Positions 1 through 9,863 of a DNA stretch of 64,000 bases are shown piece by piece. The position numbers and the translations under genes were made by a program. Below the pieces are notes generated by a model, which did not search any database, was not told the DNA's origin, and was given only the letters and a program-made list of their open reading frames with translations. The stretch is taken from the NCBI GenBank assembly GCA_963823335.1, contig CAWGLD010000007.1, forward strand, positions 96,001 through 160,000, written 5' to 3'. The stretch is from an uncultured delta proteobacterium (lineage in GTDB: Bacteria; Desulfobacterota; Desulfobacteria; Desulfobacterales; B30-G6). How positions within the stretch are numbered: the first letter of the stretch is position 1; every line of letters begins with the position of its first letter.

Positions 1-668
1 AGAAGCTGTTCCTGGCCGATTTTCAGGTCCTCAAAGGAAAGCTCGCCGGTGTTGCAGCCACGCATACCCACTTTGTGCTCCTTGTGGGTGGGTCTCCAGC
101 CCGGCATGTCCCTGTCGATGACAAATGCGCAGAAAGCCTTGGGATTGTCGTCTGCCTTGGCCAGAATGGTAATCGTGTCGGCCAGATGTGAATTGGTGAT
201 AAAACATTTACGGCCGTTGACGATAAAGGTCTCTCCATCCTTGGTGTAGGCTGATTTGATACCGGTGGGATCCGATCCACCGGTGGCTTCGGTCACAGCG
301 GTAGTCGCCAGACGCTTTCCCGATGCCAGATCCGGCAGGTATTTACGTTTCTGCTCTTCAGAACCAAACTTGACGATGGGTTCGATACCCAGGGCAAAAA
401 CCTGCAACATCATGGCGGTTGCCACGGAGACCCGGCTGATCTCTTCCAGGGCGATCAGACGCTCGCTATACCCCAGCCCCAGACCGCCGTATTCCTCCGG
501 GATCGTAATGGCCATCATTTCAGCCTCAGCCAGGGCCGTGACCACCGCATCGCTGACTTCCCCGGTTTTCTCCATTTCATCTACCTGAGGGGCTATTTTA
601 GTTTCGGCAAATTCCCTGGCCGCTTTTCTGAACATTTCCTGCTCCTCGGTGAAAGTAAAATCGATCAT
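1..668 (-). CDS. acyl-CoA dehydrogenase (3' part runs off window start)
   Basis: Manual translation from ATG at 668 (AGGAGG RBS): MIDFTFTEEQEMFRKAAREFAE...IPEEYGGLG...TEATGGSD...NGRKCFITN, typical ACAD motifs. Confidence 0.92.
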   Translation of the reverse strand, partial: MIDFTFTEEQEMFRKAAREFAETKIAPQVDEMEKTGEVSDAVVTALAEAEMMAITIPEEYGGLGLGYSERLIALEEISRVSVATAMMLQVFALGIEPIVKFGSEEQKRKYLPDLASGKRLATTAVTEATGGSDPTGIKSAYTKDGETFIVNGRKCFITNSHLADTITILAKADDNPKAFCAFVIDRDMPGWRPTHKEHKVGMRGCNTGELSFEDLKIGQEQL

Positions 669-693
669 TGTCGGTATTCCTCCTGTTCTTTGG

Positions 694-1275
694 CTATTTT
701 AGTTTATCGAGATAATCAATCAGGGCGTTAATTGACTTGTCCAGGGCTCCTTGAGACTTGTCCACACTGTAACTCACGGAAGCCCCCAACATACCGTTAA
801 ATATAATTTCTGTAATTGAATCGGTTTGTATCCCCTTGTATGCGGCTGCCGCCGGATGACCATTGTCCAACAGCCTTTTGAGCATTGCCTTCAGACCTGT
901 AAAGCCTTTCTGGACTTCCCTGGACAAATGCGGACGAGCGTCACCAAGTTCAACCGCGAACATAATAAATATACATCCACCGGGAAAATTTTCAGCATCC
1001 AGCAGGTATCTGTTTTTATAATTTTCGAGTAGTCGTATTATTTTATCAATGGGGTCTTTTATATCATCTATTCCGTACAAATTTTTCTTGCGCCAGATTT
1101 TGCGGCCCTCATCCAGAACCTGAAAGAATAGATCCTCCTTGCTTGAAAAATGGTTGTAGAATCCACCTTTGGACGTTTTGGCAGCCGACAGGATATCTTG
1201 AATGGACGTACTCAAAAAACCATTCAAGGAAAAAAGTTTCATGGATTCGTGTACAATTGTTTCTTTCAGATTCAC
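694..1275 (-). CDS. TetR/AcrR family transcriptional regulator
   Basis: N-terminal HTH 'TSIQDILSAAKTSKGGFYNHFSSKEDL' and a 'GGC' C-terminal motif; GTG start at 1275 with GAGG RBS preferred over 1335. Confidence 0.9.
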   Translation of the reverse strand: MNLKETIVHESMKLFSLNGFLSTSIQDILSAAKTSKGGFYNHFSSKEDLFFQVLDEGRKIWRKKNLYGIDDIKDPIDKIIRLLENYKNRYLLDAENFPGGCIFIMFAVELGDARPHLSREVQKGFTGLKAMLKRLLDNGHPAAAAYKGIQTDSITEIIFNGMLGASVSYSVDKSQGALDKSINALIDYLDKLK

Positions 1276-1300
1276 GTGTATCGTTTCCTCGCAAAGGGCA

Positions 1301-1354
1301 GAGACAGACCGGTCGGTCTCACCCCCTATAGCCATCTTTGTATTCGCAAGTCAA
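1301..1354 (-). promoter_or_regulatory. probable TetR operator plus sigma70-like promoter
   Basis: Near-perfect 20-bp palindrome GAGACAGACCGGTCGGTCTC (1301-1320) just downstream of TTGACT-N18-TATAGG on the minus strand, upstream of the TetR gene. Confidence 0.6.
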
Positions 1355-1368
1355 GATATTTTTTAGAC

Positions 1369-2808
1369 TTATACAGACAAGCCGACCAGCTTGGTTTCCA
1401 GGTACTCGTTGATACCCTCTGAAGAACCTTCGCGTCCTATTCCACTTTCCTTCATCCCGCCAAACGGCGCTGCCGCCGACGTCGGATTGATGTCATTGAT
1501 CCCGATAATGCCAAAATGAAGACCTTCAAACAGCCGAAAGGCTTTTTTAAGATCCCGGGTGTATACATACGACGCCAGACCATAATGGGTGTCATTGGCC
1601 ATGGCCAGAAGATCGTCTTCGTTTTCGTATACAATGACGGGTGCCACCGGACCGAAGGTTTCCTCCCGGTAGATGGTCATATCTGAATTGACATCGGTCA
1701 GGATCGTAGGCGCATAAAAATGGCCCTTATCGAGACCGTTCTCCAGCAAACGTTGCCCGCCGGTAACGAGCTTGGCACCTTTTTTAATGGCATCCTGAAC
1801 CTGACGGTCTACTTTCTCAAGGGCTTTATCACTTACCAGCGGACCGATCCGGACCCCGGGATCGAATCCTGATCCGGATTTCATGACCGCCACCTTGCGA
1901 GTCAATTCTTCTATAAAAGGTTCCATGATATGCGCATGCACGAAGATGCGGTTGGGGCTGATGCAGGCCTGTCCTGTGTTCAGAAATTTAACGAGTGCAA
2001 GCCCTTTGGCAGCATGCACCGGGTCCGCATCAGGGCATACGATAAAGGGGGCATGACCGCCGAGCTCCAACGAAACACGTTTCAATTGGTCGGCTGCCCC
2101 CCGGGCCAGCATCTTTCCCACCTGTGTCGAGCCTGTAAACGTCAGTTTACAAACCCGGACATCGTTCAGGAACACTTCACCGATGGGTCCTGGATCCAAT
2201 GCCGTGACCAGGTTTACAACACCGGCTGGGATTGCGGCCTTTTCAAATATCTCGAAAACCGCTTTGGCACACAGGGGGGTGGCTTCAGCCGGTTTGAGAA
2301 CGATGGTACAACCGGCTGCCAGGGCCGGGGCAACTTTTCTTGTGATCATGGAAATGGGATAGTTCCAGGGGGTAATGGCACCTACGACACCCACGGGCTG
2401 GCGCAGAACAAGGAAGCGCTGATCCGCTCTGGCGGAGGGAATTGTCTGGCCGTAGACACGTTTGGCTTCCTCGGCATACCACAACAGAAAGTCGGCCGCG
2501 TATCTGACTTCATTGCGGGCCGCCTGAATGGGCTTGCCCTGCTCCTCGGTCATAACTTCGGCCAGTCGTTCCAGATCTGTCATCATCAGTGCATGGGCCC
2601 TGTACAGAAATTGAGCCCGCTGGTAAGCCGTTTGGGAAGACCATTCCTGAAAGGCCAGGTCCGCTGCATCGACGGCCTTGGTGGCATCGACACCCTCCCC
2701 GTCTGGAATCGTTCCCACGGTCTCACCGGTAGCAGGGTTGAACGATTGAAATTGACGACCGTTTTCAGCATCTCTCCATTTCCCACCAATAAACATTTTA
2801 TCCTCCAT
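1369..2808 (-). CDS. gabD: NAD(P)-dependent succinate-semialdehyde dehydrogenase
   Basis: ITPWNYP, FTGST, LELGGHAP, catalytic GQAC, EETFGP and APFGGMKESG motifs. Confidence 0.88.
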   Translation of the reverse strand: MEDKMFIGGKWRDAENGRQFQSFNPATGETVGTIPDGEGVDATKAVDAADLAFQEWSSQTAYQRAQFLYRAHALMMTDLERLAEVMTEEQGKPIQAARNEVRYAADFLLWYAEEAKRVYGQTIPSARADQRFLVLRQPVGVVGAITPWNYPISMITRKVAPALAAGCTIVLKPAEATPLCAKAVFEIFEKAAIPAGVVNLVTALDPGPIGEVFLNDVRVCKLTFTGSTQVGKMLARGAADQLKRVSLELGGHAPFIVCPDADPVHAAKGLALVKFLNTGQACISPNRIFVHAHIMEPFIEELTRKVAVMKSGSGFDPGVRIGPLVSDKALEKVDRQVQDAIKKGAKLVTGGQRLLENGLDKGHFYAPTILTDVNSDMTIYREETFGPVAPVIVYENEDDLLAMANDTHYGLASYVYTRDLKKAFRLFEGLHFGIIGINDINPTSAAAPFGGMKESGIGREGSSEGINEYLETKLVGLSV

Positions 2809-2826
2809 GACCGTAATAAATTTGTC

Positions 2827-3840
2827 TCATTTGGAAGTGCCCGACCGTGCGGTTGAGGTAACATAATCCGCTCTGTCGACCTTGCCCCTGATGGCTTTGT
2901 CTTCAAGAAAGCGGCGAATATTCTGCGCGGCCATTTTTGTGGCGGCTGTCATTTCACCCGGCACGTCATCGGCGTTGTGGGGTGATCCAACCAGGTTGGG
3001 CAGATCGAAAAACGGGTAGTCCAATTTGAACCCCGATGGATCACCCGGTTCGGACCACCACGTGTCGATACCGGCAGCAAAGGACGGCGTGGTCTTTAAA
3101 TGGGTATACAGCGCCTCTTGTTCCACTACCTTCCCGCGGGCGACATTGATAAGGATGCCATCCGGTTTCATGATCTGAAGTTCGCGACGCCCTATCAGAT
3201 GAAGGGTTTGCCTGGTCAGGGGAACCGTCAACACGACAACATCAGACCCTCTCAGTACCGCATCCATATCGGCGGTTGATCCCATAAAATCGAGGGGAAA
3301 AGACGATGTGGCGGATCGATTGATCCCATGGACTTCCATGCCCACAGCTTTCATCAGGCGTGCAATGGCGACACCGTTACCACCCATGCCGATAATCCCG
3401 CATATGCCGCCTCTCAGTTGTTTGTTATAAACTGTCTGGTTGAAGTTTCCCTGCCCAAGCTGTAGATGACGCGGTATAATCGCTTTGGCCAGGCACAAGG
3501 TCATGGCCAATACGTGTTCAGCCAGAGGTTCTGCAAAAGCTCCCACATTGCTGGCCACGATTATGCTTTCAGGGATGGCCTCAAATGGTATCTTGTCTGC
3601 CCCGGCAAAAATCAATTGAATGAACCGGGCACGTTTCAACTGAGCGATTTCCTGCAGCTTGATCTCGGCTCTGGCAAAGCCTTTGGACAGAATGACATCC
3701 GCCTTCCTCAAGGCCTGCTCCCGGTCTAACGCGTTCAGATCGGATAGATACAGGATGTCTGAAATATCATCCAGTACGGCATGGATTACCCGTCTTTCAC
3801 GTTCATTTGCGGGAAATGTTATGGCGATTTGATATGTCAT
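2827..3840 (-). CDS. D-isomer specific 2-hydroxyacid dehydrogenase
   Basis: Rossmann GIIGMGGNG, INVARG, D-x-W-W-x-EP and SPH motifs. Confidence 0.9.
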   Translation of the reverse strand: MTYQIAITFPANERERRVIHAVLDDISDILYLSDLNALDREQALRKADVILSKGFARAEIKLQEIAQLKRARFIQLIFAGADKIPFEAIPESIIVASNVGAFAEPLAEHVLAMTLCLAKAIIPRHLQLGQGNFNQTVYNKQLRGGICGIIGMGGNGVAIARLMKAVGMEVHGINRSATSSFPLDFMGSTADMDAVLRGSDVVVLTVPLTRQTLHLIGRRELQIMKPDGILINVARGKVVEQEALYTHLKTTPSFAAGIDTWWSEPGDPSGFKLDYPFFDLPNLVGSPHNADDVPGEMTAATKMAAQNIRRFLEDKAIRGKVDRADYVTSTARSGTSK

Positions 3841-4077
3841 TGTGCCTGCCTATGCCACTATATTTTTTGACACCTTAACGTAATAGAAACAGCATTTTCC
3901 TTCAACGACAGCAATAGAGAAACCTAACATATGGATACCAACCTGTATATCAGATAATTGCATAAAGTTAATTGGCATAGGGTATACGCATCGGGCAATA
4001 AAGTCACTCTTGATTTAAAACATTACTTCATATATTATTTGCTCAACTTTCGGGCTCGATGAACCCAGAAAGTTGAA

Positions 4078-4155
4078 CCGAAATAGCGAGCGCATTCCCC
4101 GTGGCTTCTGCCGTACGGCAGAACATTTCTCGCAGCTTGCTGCGAGGTTCTGCAA
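4078..4155 (+). mobile_element. non-autonomous IS200/IS605-like palindromic element (PATE-like), 78 bp
   Basis: Follows TTGAA; hairpins TTCTGCCGTACGGCAGAA and CTCGCAGCTTGCTGCGAG; homologous to copies at 23612, 57863 and 60343. Confidence 0.7.
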
Positions 4156-4353
4156 TTATTCAGTCCAACTGAAAAGGTGAAAAAAACATCCATGCCGCAT
4201 CATTTCGTTTATCTCCCCTTCACATAATTTCGATTCCTGAAAAACGATTTAATACTTTCACAAAAATATCTTAAATCTAATTTTTTTGGTTCTTCTCCAA
4301 TTTAGTTGGAGGAAAGGGCTCCAAAATTCGGGTCAAGAGAAATACAGCTCGGG

Positions 4354-4785
4354 CTATATCTTATCGAAATCGCTATCGGGATCGGGATCGGGATCGAATT
4401 CAGTATAGCCGTATTCCCCGAACCCTTCCTTTACGCTATAACCCCTGCCGCCCAATCGACTAAGCATTGCAGCAATGCGGTCCAATTCACCTTTGCGCTG
4501 CCGGCTTTCTACTTTATCCAAACCTTTTCCGACTACCAAGACATCTTGGATTGCGGCACACTCCAATGCCGACCCACGCGCTATTTCGAAATATCGCCGC
4601 CGATCAGCCTTCGCTGTCTTACCGTTGCCTTCTGCAATATTAAGCGCAATCGACTGGCTGGCTCGAAGCCACTGGTCTCTTGCTGAACGATGGACGCCTC
4701 TCAGCCTGGCACACTTTTCATAAACCCATGCGACATAGCCGATTGAAAGGCGGTAAACGTCTAATTTTTCATGACCTAATACCAT
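4354..4785 (-). CDS. four-helix-bundle protein (23S rRNA IVS / bAvd-like family)
   Basis: HEKLDVY...DQWLRASQSIALNIAEG...FEIARGSALECAA signature; start taken at MVLGHEKL (4785). Confidence 0.9.
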   Translation of the reverse strand: MVLGHEKLDVYRLSIGYVAWVYEKCARLRGVHRSARDQWLRASQSIALNIAEGNGKTAKADRRRYFEIARGSALECAAIQDVLVVGKGLDKVESRQRKGELDRIAAMLSRLGGRGYSVKEGFGEYGYTEFDPDPDPDSDFDKI

Positions 4786-4830
4786 CTCGATCCCGATCCC
4801 GATCCCGATAGCGATCCCGATTTCGACAAG
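4360..4830. repeat. inverted (GATCGG)n arms enclosing the four-helix-bundle gene
   Basis: 4360-4397 CTTATCGAAATCGCTATCGGGATCGGGATCGGGATCGA is the reverse complement of 4787-4830 apart from one extra hexamer and one mismatch. Confidence 0.9.
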
Positions 4831-4884
4831 GCTTCCACCAACAGCATTTCTACAACAAATCGAGAGAAAAGCCATTTTTTTAAG

Positions 4885-5244
4885 GTGAAATATTTTTTAC
4901 GTATCCTACAAGGGGGTATCAATCATATCGATACAGCTTTCTTTGGGGCTGGGTTTCAACTCGAAACCAACCCGCTTTCCGCAAAAAAAGTTTTCAGTTA
5001 CAGACTTCAGGTTGGGCTCGAAGCAAGGGAAATTGAGGATGACGATAACATGACCCTGGAGCTTGGCGGACTTGGAGTAGCCGGCGGTGCAAACTTTGGA
5101 GTTGGAAGCGGAAAAACGATTCTCACCACTACCATTGGCGTGAGGGTTTTTGGCTTTGCAGGCGAGTCAGAATGGTATGACGAGAAAGAGGATTTAGATG
5201 GCGGCACCACAGAGTTGTTCTTCTCTGTTGGAATCTTGTTTTGA
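4885..5244 (+). pseudogene. 5'-truncated outer-membrane beta-barrel protein fragment
   Basis: Amphipathic strands and C-terminal Phe (ELFFSVGILF); no signal peptide or RBS. Confidence 0.45.
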
Positions 5245-5315
5245 ACTGATATTTGGTTATATGGCAAGATGAACGAAAGCGTAGTACCTTTCTCGTTCTT
5301 GAAGGAGGAAGTTTT

Positions 5316-5405
5316 ATGACTGGATCATTATCGGTTAAAACCTGGAGGCCGCTTTCACTATTAATCGTTGCTGTAATGTTTGTTGGCTGCCCCGATCTTG
5401 TTTGA
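5316..5405 (+). pseudogene. lipoprotein signal-peptide remnant (29 aa)
   Basis: AAGGAGG RBS; MTGSLSVKTWRPLSLLIVAVMFVGC-PDLV* has a lipobox-like FVGC followed almost immediately by a stop. Confidence 0.4.
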
Positions 5406-6059
5406 TCATGACATCCTTTTCCTTATGGGACCGGCTTGAGCCTTTTCAGACAGATAGTGATGCCACAGCATTCTGGCCGCAACCGACCGAAAAGGGCGCC
5501 AGGTATCGGTAATATCGGATAGCGTCGATGGCGATGGATTGATCTGAAGCGACTTCACCTTTCGAAGGGTATTCATCAGCGCGACATCCCCGGGCGGCCA
5601 GACATCCGGTCTGCGCAGCGCCATCAAGAGGTAGATACTCGCCGTCCAGGGGCCGATACCTTTTATCCGCGTCAGCGTGTCAAGAACGGCAAGGTCCTCC
5701 ATCCTGGAAAGGGCGTTTAGATTGAGTTGGTCTTCAAGAATCGCGTTGGCAACATGGATGCAGTAGGCTGCTTTCTGGCGTGTGATACCCAGGGACTGCA
5801 GAGAGGATGGACCTACCGCGACAAAATATTCGGGTGTAAATGGAACCAGGTTATCCATGAGCCGGCAATACATCGCCTTGGCTGAAGCAAGGGATACCTG
5901 CTGCTCTAGAATAATATGGACCAGGGTCGAAAAACAGGGCTTTCTGGCCCACAGGGGCGGTACACCATCCGCCTGGAAGAGACGGGCAAGATCGTTGTCA
6001 CGGGCGGCTAAATAGGCTGTAGCTTCCTTTAGACGCTTTTGTGTCAACAACGGTGTCAT
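5406..6059 (-). CDS. DNA-3-methyladenine glycosylase (AlkA-like, HhH-GPD)
   Basis: ILEQQVS, HhH 'LTRIKGIGPWTA', 'DVWPPGD' and 'WRPFRS' motifs. Confidence 0.88.
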   Translation of the reverse strand: MTPLLTQKRLKEATAYLAARDNDLARLFQADGVPPLWARKPCFSTLVHIILEQQVSLASAKAMYCRLMDNLVPFTPEYFVAVGPSSLQSLGITRQKAAYCIHVANAILEDQLNLNALSRMEDLAVLDTLTRIKGIGPWTASIYLLMALRRPDVWPPGDVALMNTLRKVKSLQINPSPSTLSDITDTWRPFRSVAARMLWHHYLSEKAQAGPIRKRMS

Positions 6060-6080
6060 GGCTATTGAGGTGTTAGTTTA

Positions 6081-6851
6081 TCAACTGCTGGTGATTTCAG
6101 CGTAGGCACTGTGGTTGTGGATGGATTCGAAATTCTCGGCACTCACGGTAAACCAGGTGATATTGTCATCCTCCTTCAGCTTCATGGCGATATCACGGAC
6201 AATATCTTCGACAAATTTGGGATTTGCAAAGGCTTTTTCCGTGACATGCTTTTCATCGACACGCTTCAGGATGGAATAGACATCGCAGGATGCTGTACTC
6301 TCGATAAGCCCGATCATATCTTCCAGCCAGATAAATTTGTTAAACCGTGTACTGAGACGCACCTCACCCCGTTGATTGTGAGCACCGGCATCGCTGATCT
6401 CCTTGGAGCATGGGCAGACCGATGAGATGGGAACAATGACCTCGGATACGAGATCGATCTTGCCTTCCGAGTCACTGATACCGATAATTCGGCAGGTGTA
6501 GTCCATCAAACCCATTGATTCGCTTATCGGGGCTTTTTTTTCGATAAAATACGGGAACGTGACATCCACATGTGCCGATGCCGCGTTGAGGTGCCGCTTC
6601 ATTTCTTCCAGAATAACGGAAAAGTTTTTTAAGGAGACGGCCGGACGAAACAGGTGCAGCATCTCGACGAAGCGACTCATATGGGTGCCCCTGTCCCGGT
6701 GAGGCAGGCTGACATACATATTGATGGTGGCAACGGTCGGCTGATGGCCTTCGCGCTTGTCCCGGACAGTAATGGGGTATTTGAGGTTTTTGATCCCTAC
6801 CCGATCGATGGGAATGTTGCGATAATCACGCTGATTTTGAACGTCCTGCAT
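6081..6851 (-). CDS. folE2: GTP cyclohydrolase I, type IB
   Basis: GTHMSRF, CPCSKEIS, GAHNQR and ESIHNHSA motifs. Confidence 0.95.
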   Translation of the reverse strand: MQDVQNQRDYRNIPIDRVGIKNLKYPITVRDKREGHQPTVATINMYVSLPHRDRGTHMSRFVEMLHLFRPAVSLKNFSVILEEMKRHLNAASAHVDVTFPYFIEKKAPISESMGLMDYTCRIIGISDSEGKIDLVSEVIVPISSVCPCSKEISDAGAHNQRGEVRLSTRFNKFIWLEDMIGLIESTASCDVYSILKRVDEKHVTEKAFANPKFVEDIVRDIAMKLKEDDNITWFTVSAENFESIHNHSAYAEITSS

Positions 6852-6951
6852 TTACCTAATCTCCACCGATCCAAATATCGAATGTTCAATGAATGAGACA
6901 TAGTGCGCCGGTATAGACATTGGAATACTCGTTTTGATCATTTGATAGTGT

Positions 6952-7686
6952 TTAAGGTTTCAACATATACGACGACCGTACATGACTCATAGACCTGAAT
7001 ATATTGCCTTTTATTTTTTTATTGCCGGCATAGAGCTGTTTTAATAAAGATTTGATCTCCTGCCGTTTGGATGTTTTTGCCGTGGGGCACGGGTTGATAA
7101 ATTCAGGGAAGGCCTGCTCCCTGGCAAACCGTCTGATGCTGTCCTCATCAGCAAAAGAAAGCGGTCTGATCAGTTGAAAACTGCCGCCAAAAAAAGATTG
7201 CGAGGGCAACATGGTGCTGATTTCACCCGCATAGCACATGTTGATGAACAGTGTTTCAATGATGTCATCCTTGTTGTGGCCCAGGGCAACCTTGGTACAA
7301 CGCAGTTCTTCGGCAATTTCAAACAAGCGCTTCCGTCGCAGCCGGGAACAGAGAAAACATGGGTTCTCAAGATTTTCAGGGCCGTGGCTGATCACACCAT
7401 AGTCCGTGTATGCGATCCGAACCGCGTATCCGGATTTTTCACCATGTTCCCGCAGAGCATCACTGAAGCCACCTGGAAACCCCAGGTCCACATAAACGGC
7501 AAACAGCTCATAGTCGATGGGAACCCGGGTTCGCCGCTCGTTGAGCAGCCACATGAGTGAAAGGCTGTCTTTCCCGCCGGACAGTCCCACCAGAATTCGA
7601 TCGCCATCCGATATCATCTCGTATCGATGCAGCGCCTTCCCAACAGCCCTGTTCAGAGCCTTGTATGTGTAGCTGTGCTTCGGCAA
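6952..7686 (-). CDS. ttcA: tRNA 2-thiocytidine biosynthesis protein
   Basis: PP-loop SGGKDS; PCFLCSRLRR; GHNKDD. Confidence 0.85.
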   Translation of the reverse strand: MPKHSYTYKALNRAVGKALHRYEMISDGDRILVGLSGGKDSLSLMWLLNERRTRVPIDYELFAVYVDLGFPGGFSDALREHGEKSGYAVRIAYTDYGVISHGPENLENPCFLCSRLRRKRLFEIAEELRCTKVALGHNKDDIIETLFINMCYAGEISTMLPSQSFFGGSFQLIRPLSFADEDSIRRFAREQAFPEFINPCPTAKTSKRQEIKSLLKQLYAGNKKIKGNIFRSMSHVRSSYMLKP

Positions 7687-7695
7687 AACGGTCGG

Positions 7696-7968
7696 TTACA
7701 CTTCTGTTTCTTCTCTTTCTTCTGTTTCCGGTTCTACCGGCGTCTCCGGTTTTTCGTTGTGTTCTTCAAGTTCTGCCCCGACTATTTTGGCTCTTACCTT
7801 GTCTGCTGCAATTTCACGAAGCGCAACAACAATATCTTCGTTTTTAGGTGAGCTCACGAGATATTCAGAACCCTCCCGGATCTGTCTCACTCTTTTGGCT
7901 GCCATGTGAACCAGCTGAAAACGACTGGGTACTTTTTCCAAGCAGTCTTCGATTGTAATTCGTGCCAC
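7696..7968 (-). CDS. rpoZ: RNA polymerase omega subunit
   Basis: (M)ARITIEDCL...RFQLVHMAAKRVRQ...ALREIA; GTG start with AGGAGG RBS. Confidence 0.95.
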   Translation of the reverse strand: MARITIEDCLEKVPSRFQLVHMAAKRVRQIREGSEYLVSSPKNEDIVVALREIAADKVRAKIVGAELEEHNEKPETPVEPETEEREETEV

Positions 7969-8082
7969 TGTGTGCCTCCTGCAATTAACATGCATGTATA
8001 TTTTGTTTAAAAATGGTTGTTTAGGATGAAGACTGTTAGGCTTCGCTACAGCCTGCAGTCAAAAAACCTGTCTGTCTAAACA

Positions 8083-8556
8083 TTATTGTATTTCCACAAT
8101 CTCATAGGTGCGCTTTCCTGCCGGGGCTTGAACCAAGACTTCATCACCAACTTCCCTGCCGATGATGGCCAGTCCCAAAGGCGATTCAATGGAAATTCGT
8201 CCCTCCTCGATGTCTGATTCGTCCGGACCAACCAGCTGATATTCAACACTTTCCCCGGTGTCGACATTTTCCAATACAATATCACAACCGAAGACAGCCC
8301 GATCTTTGGGAAGATTATCCGGTTCAATTATATCGGCATTCCCCAGTTTGTATCCCAGCTCGCTGATACGGCCCTCGATGAAGGCCTGGCGTTCCTTTGC
8401 GGCATCAAACTCGGCATTTTCGCTGAGGTCACCATGCGCCCGGGCTTCTTCGATGGCTTTGATGTTTTGCGGTCGATCGACGGACTTGAGGTGTGTCAAC
8501 TCGCGTTTCAGCCTTTCGTATCCGTTTCTTGTTATCGGTATCCGTTCCATGATCAC
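8083..8556 (-). CDS. greA: transcription elongation factor GreA
   Basis: ARAHGDLSENAE and ISIESPLG motifs. Confidence 0.95.
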   Translation of the reverse strand: MIMERIPITRNGYERLKRELTHLKSVDRPQNIKAIEEARAHGDLSENAEFDAAKERQAFIEGRISELGYKLGNADIIEPDNLPKDRAVFGCDIVLENVDTGESVEYQLVGPDESDIEEGRISIESPLGLAIIGREVGDEVLVQAPAGKRTYEIVEIQ

Positions 8557-8559
8557 CTT

Positions 8560-9582
8560 CTATAAATAGTCCCTGGCCAGAAGTTCGGCAATCTGGACCG
8601 CGTTGGTGGCAGCCCCCTTGCGAATATTATCGGCAACGATCCACATGTTGATCCCGTTGGGAATGGAGAAGTCGTCGCGAATTCTGCCAACATACGTCAG
8701 ATCCTGGCCGGCGGCCTGGATGGGCATGGGGTAAATGTTCTGTGATGGATCATCCAACACCTTGACACCCGGCGCTTCCGCTAACATGGATCTCACGTCT
8801 TCTGCCGATATGGGTGCCTCCGTCTCGATGTTCACCGCCTCTGAATGACCGTAGAATACCGGTACACGGACCGTTGTCGCGGTAACCTGAATACTGTCAT
8901 CTCCCATGATTTTACGGGTTTCGTTGACCATCTTCATCTCTTCTTTGGTATAACCGTTCTCCTGGAAAACATCGATATGCGGCAAGCAGTTGAAGGCGAT
9001 GCGATGTGGATAGACTTTTGACTCTGATTCCGAAAAATTCATGATCGCGCGGGTCTGGTCAGACAACTCGTCCATGGCTTTTATGCCTGTTCCGGATACC
9101 GCCTGATAGGTAGATACCACCACCCGCTTGATCCGATACTTCTGATGGATGGGGTTCAGGGCAACTACCATTTGAATGGTAGAACAGTTAGGGTTGGCAA
9201 TTATCCCTTTCTTTGTATATCCGGCTACGGCATGTGAATTGACCTCCGGCACCACCAGGGGGACCTCCGGATCCATTCGCCATGCACTTGAATTGTCCAC
9301 CACGACACAGCCCGCTTTGGCAGCATACGGTGCAAAATATTGACTGGTGCCGCCCCCTGCCGAAAACAGTGCGATGTCCATCCCTTTAAATGACGTTTCA
9401 GTCATTTCTTCAACCTTGATCGGCCGATCCCTGAAAGAAAGCTCCCGCCCTTTCGAACGGCTTGATGCCAGCAGTTTTATCTTGTCGATCGGAAAATTTC
9501 TTTCTTCCAGGCAGGTTATCATCTGGTTCCCCACCGCTCCTGTTGCGCCGGCCAGCGCAACATTGAACTTCTTGGATCTCAT
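8560..9582 (-). CDS. asd: aspartate-semialdehyde dehydrogenase
   Basis: GATGAVG, IIANPNCST and DNIRKGAA motifs. Confidence 0.96.
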   Translation of the reverse strand: MRSKKFNVALAGATGAVGNQMITCLEERNFPIDKIKLLASSRSKGRELSFRDRPIKVEEMTETSFKGMDIALFSAGGGTSQYFAPYAAKAGCVVVDNSSAWRMDPEVPLVVPEVNSHAVAGYTKKGIIANPNCSTIQMVVALNPIHQKYRIKRVVVSTYQAVSGTGIKAMDELSDQTRAIMNFSESESKVYPHRIAFNCLPHIDVFQENGYTKEEMKMVNETRKIMGDDSIQVTATTVRVPVFYGHSEAVNIETEAPISAEDVRSMLAEAPGVKVLDDPSQNIYPMPIQAAGQDLTYVGRIRDDFSIPNGINMWIVADNIRKGAATNAVQIAELLARDYL

Positions 9583-9772
9583 CCTCTGTTCCTCCTTTTA
9601 GCCGCCAATTCTTTTTACGAATTTACTAATAAAGCCGTTACTATTTTGACACGATCAGTTATGACCTTTAAGATCCTTCTCCCTACATCCCCGATCTTTT
9701 CCTTGACTATTTATAATTTCGAAGCATCCCACCCGGGCCCTTCTTTTGGTTCAACCCTTCCGGCGATGATCT

Positions 9773-9813
9773 AAAAATGTTTACCCGCCTGTTTGTGGCG
9801 GGTAAACATTTTT
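9773..9813. terminator. bidirectional intrinsic terminator-like palindrome downstream of pssA
   Basis: AAAAATGTTTACCCGCC-loop-GGCGGGTAAACATTTTT perfect 17-bp stem. Confidence 0.65.
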
Positions 9814-9863
9814 GATTCTTTTCCCAAGACCCCCCGAACCTTTCATTATCCAAACACATATTG

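Noticed and set aside
1930-2856. Long antisense ORFs (also 13272-13961, 59306-60061, 62462-63133)
   Set aside because: They are shadows of well-supported genes on the opposite strand and have no recognisable motifs.
4354-4785. Diversity-generating retroelement (Avd-like gene)
   Set aside because: No reverse transcriptase and no TR/VR pair differing at adenines was seen in the window.
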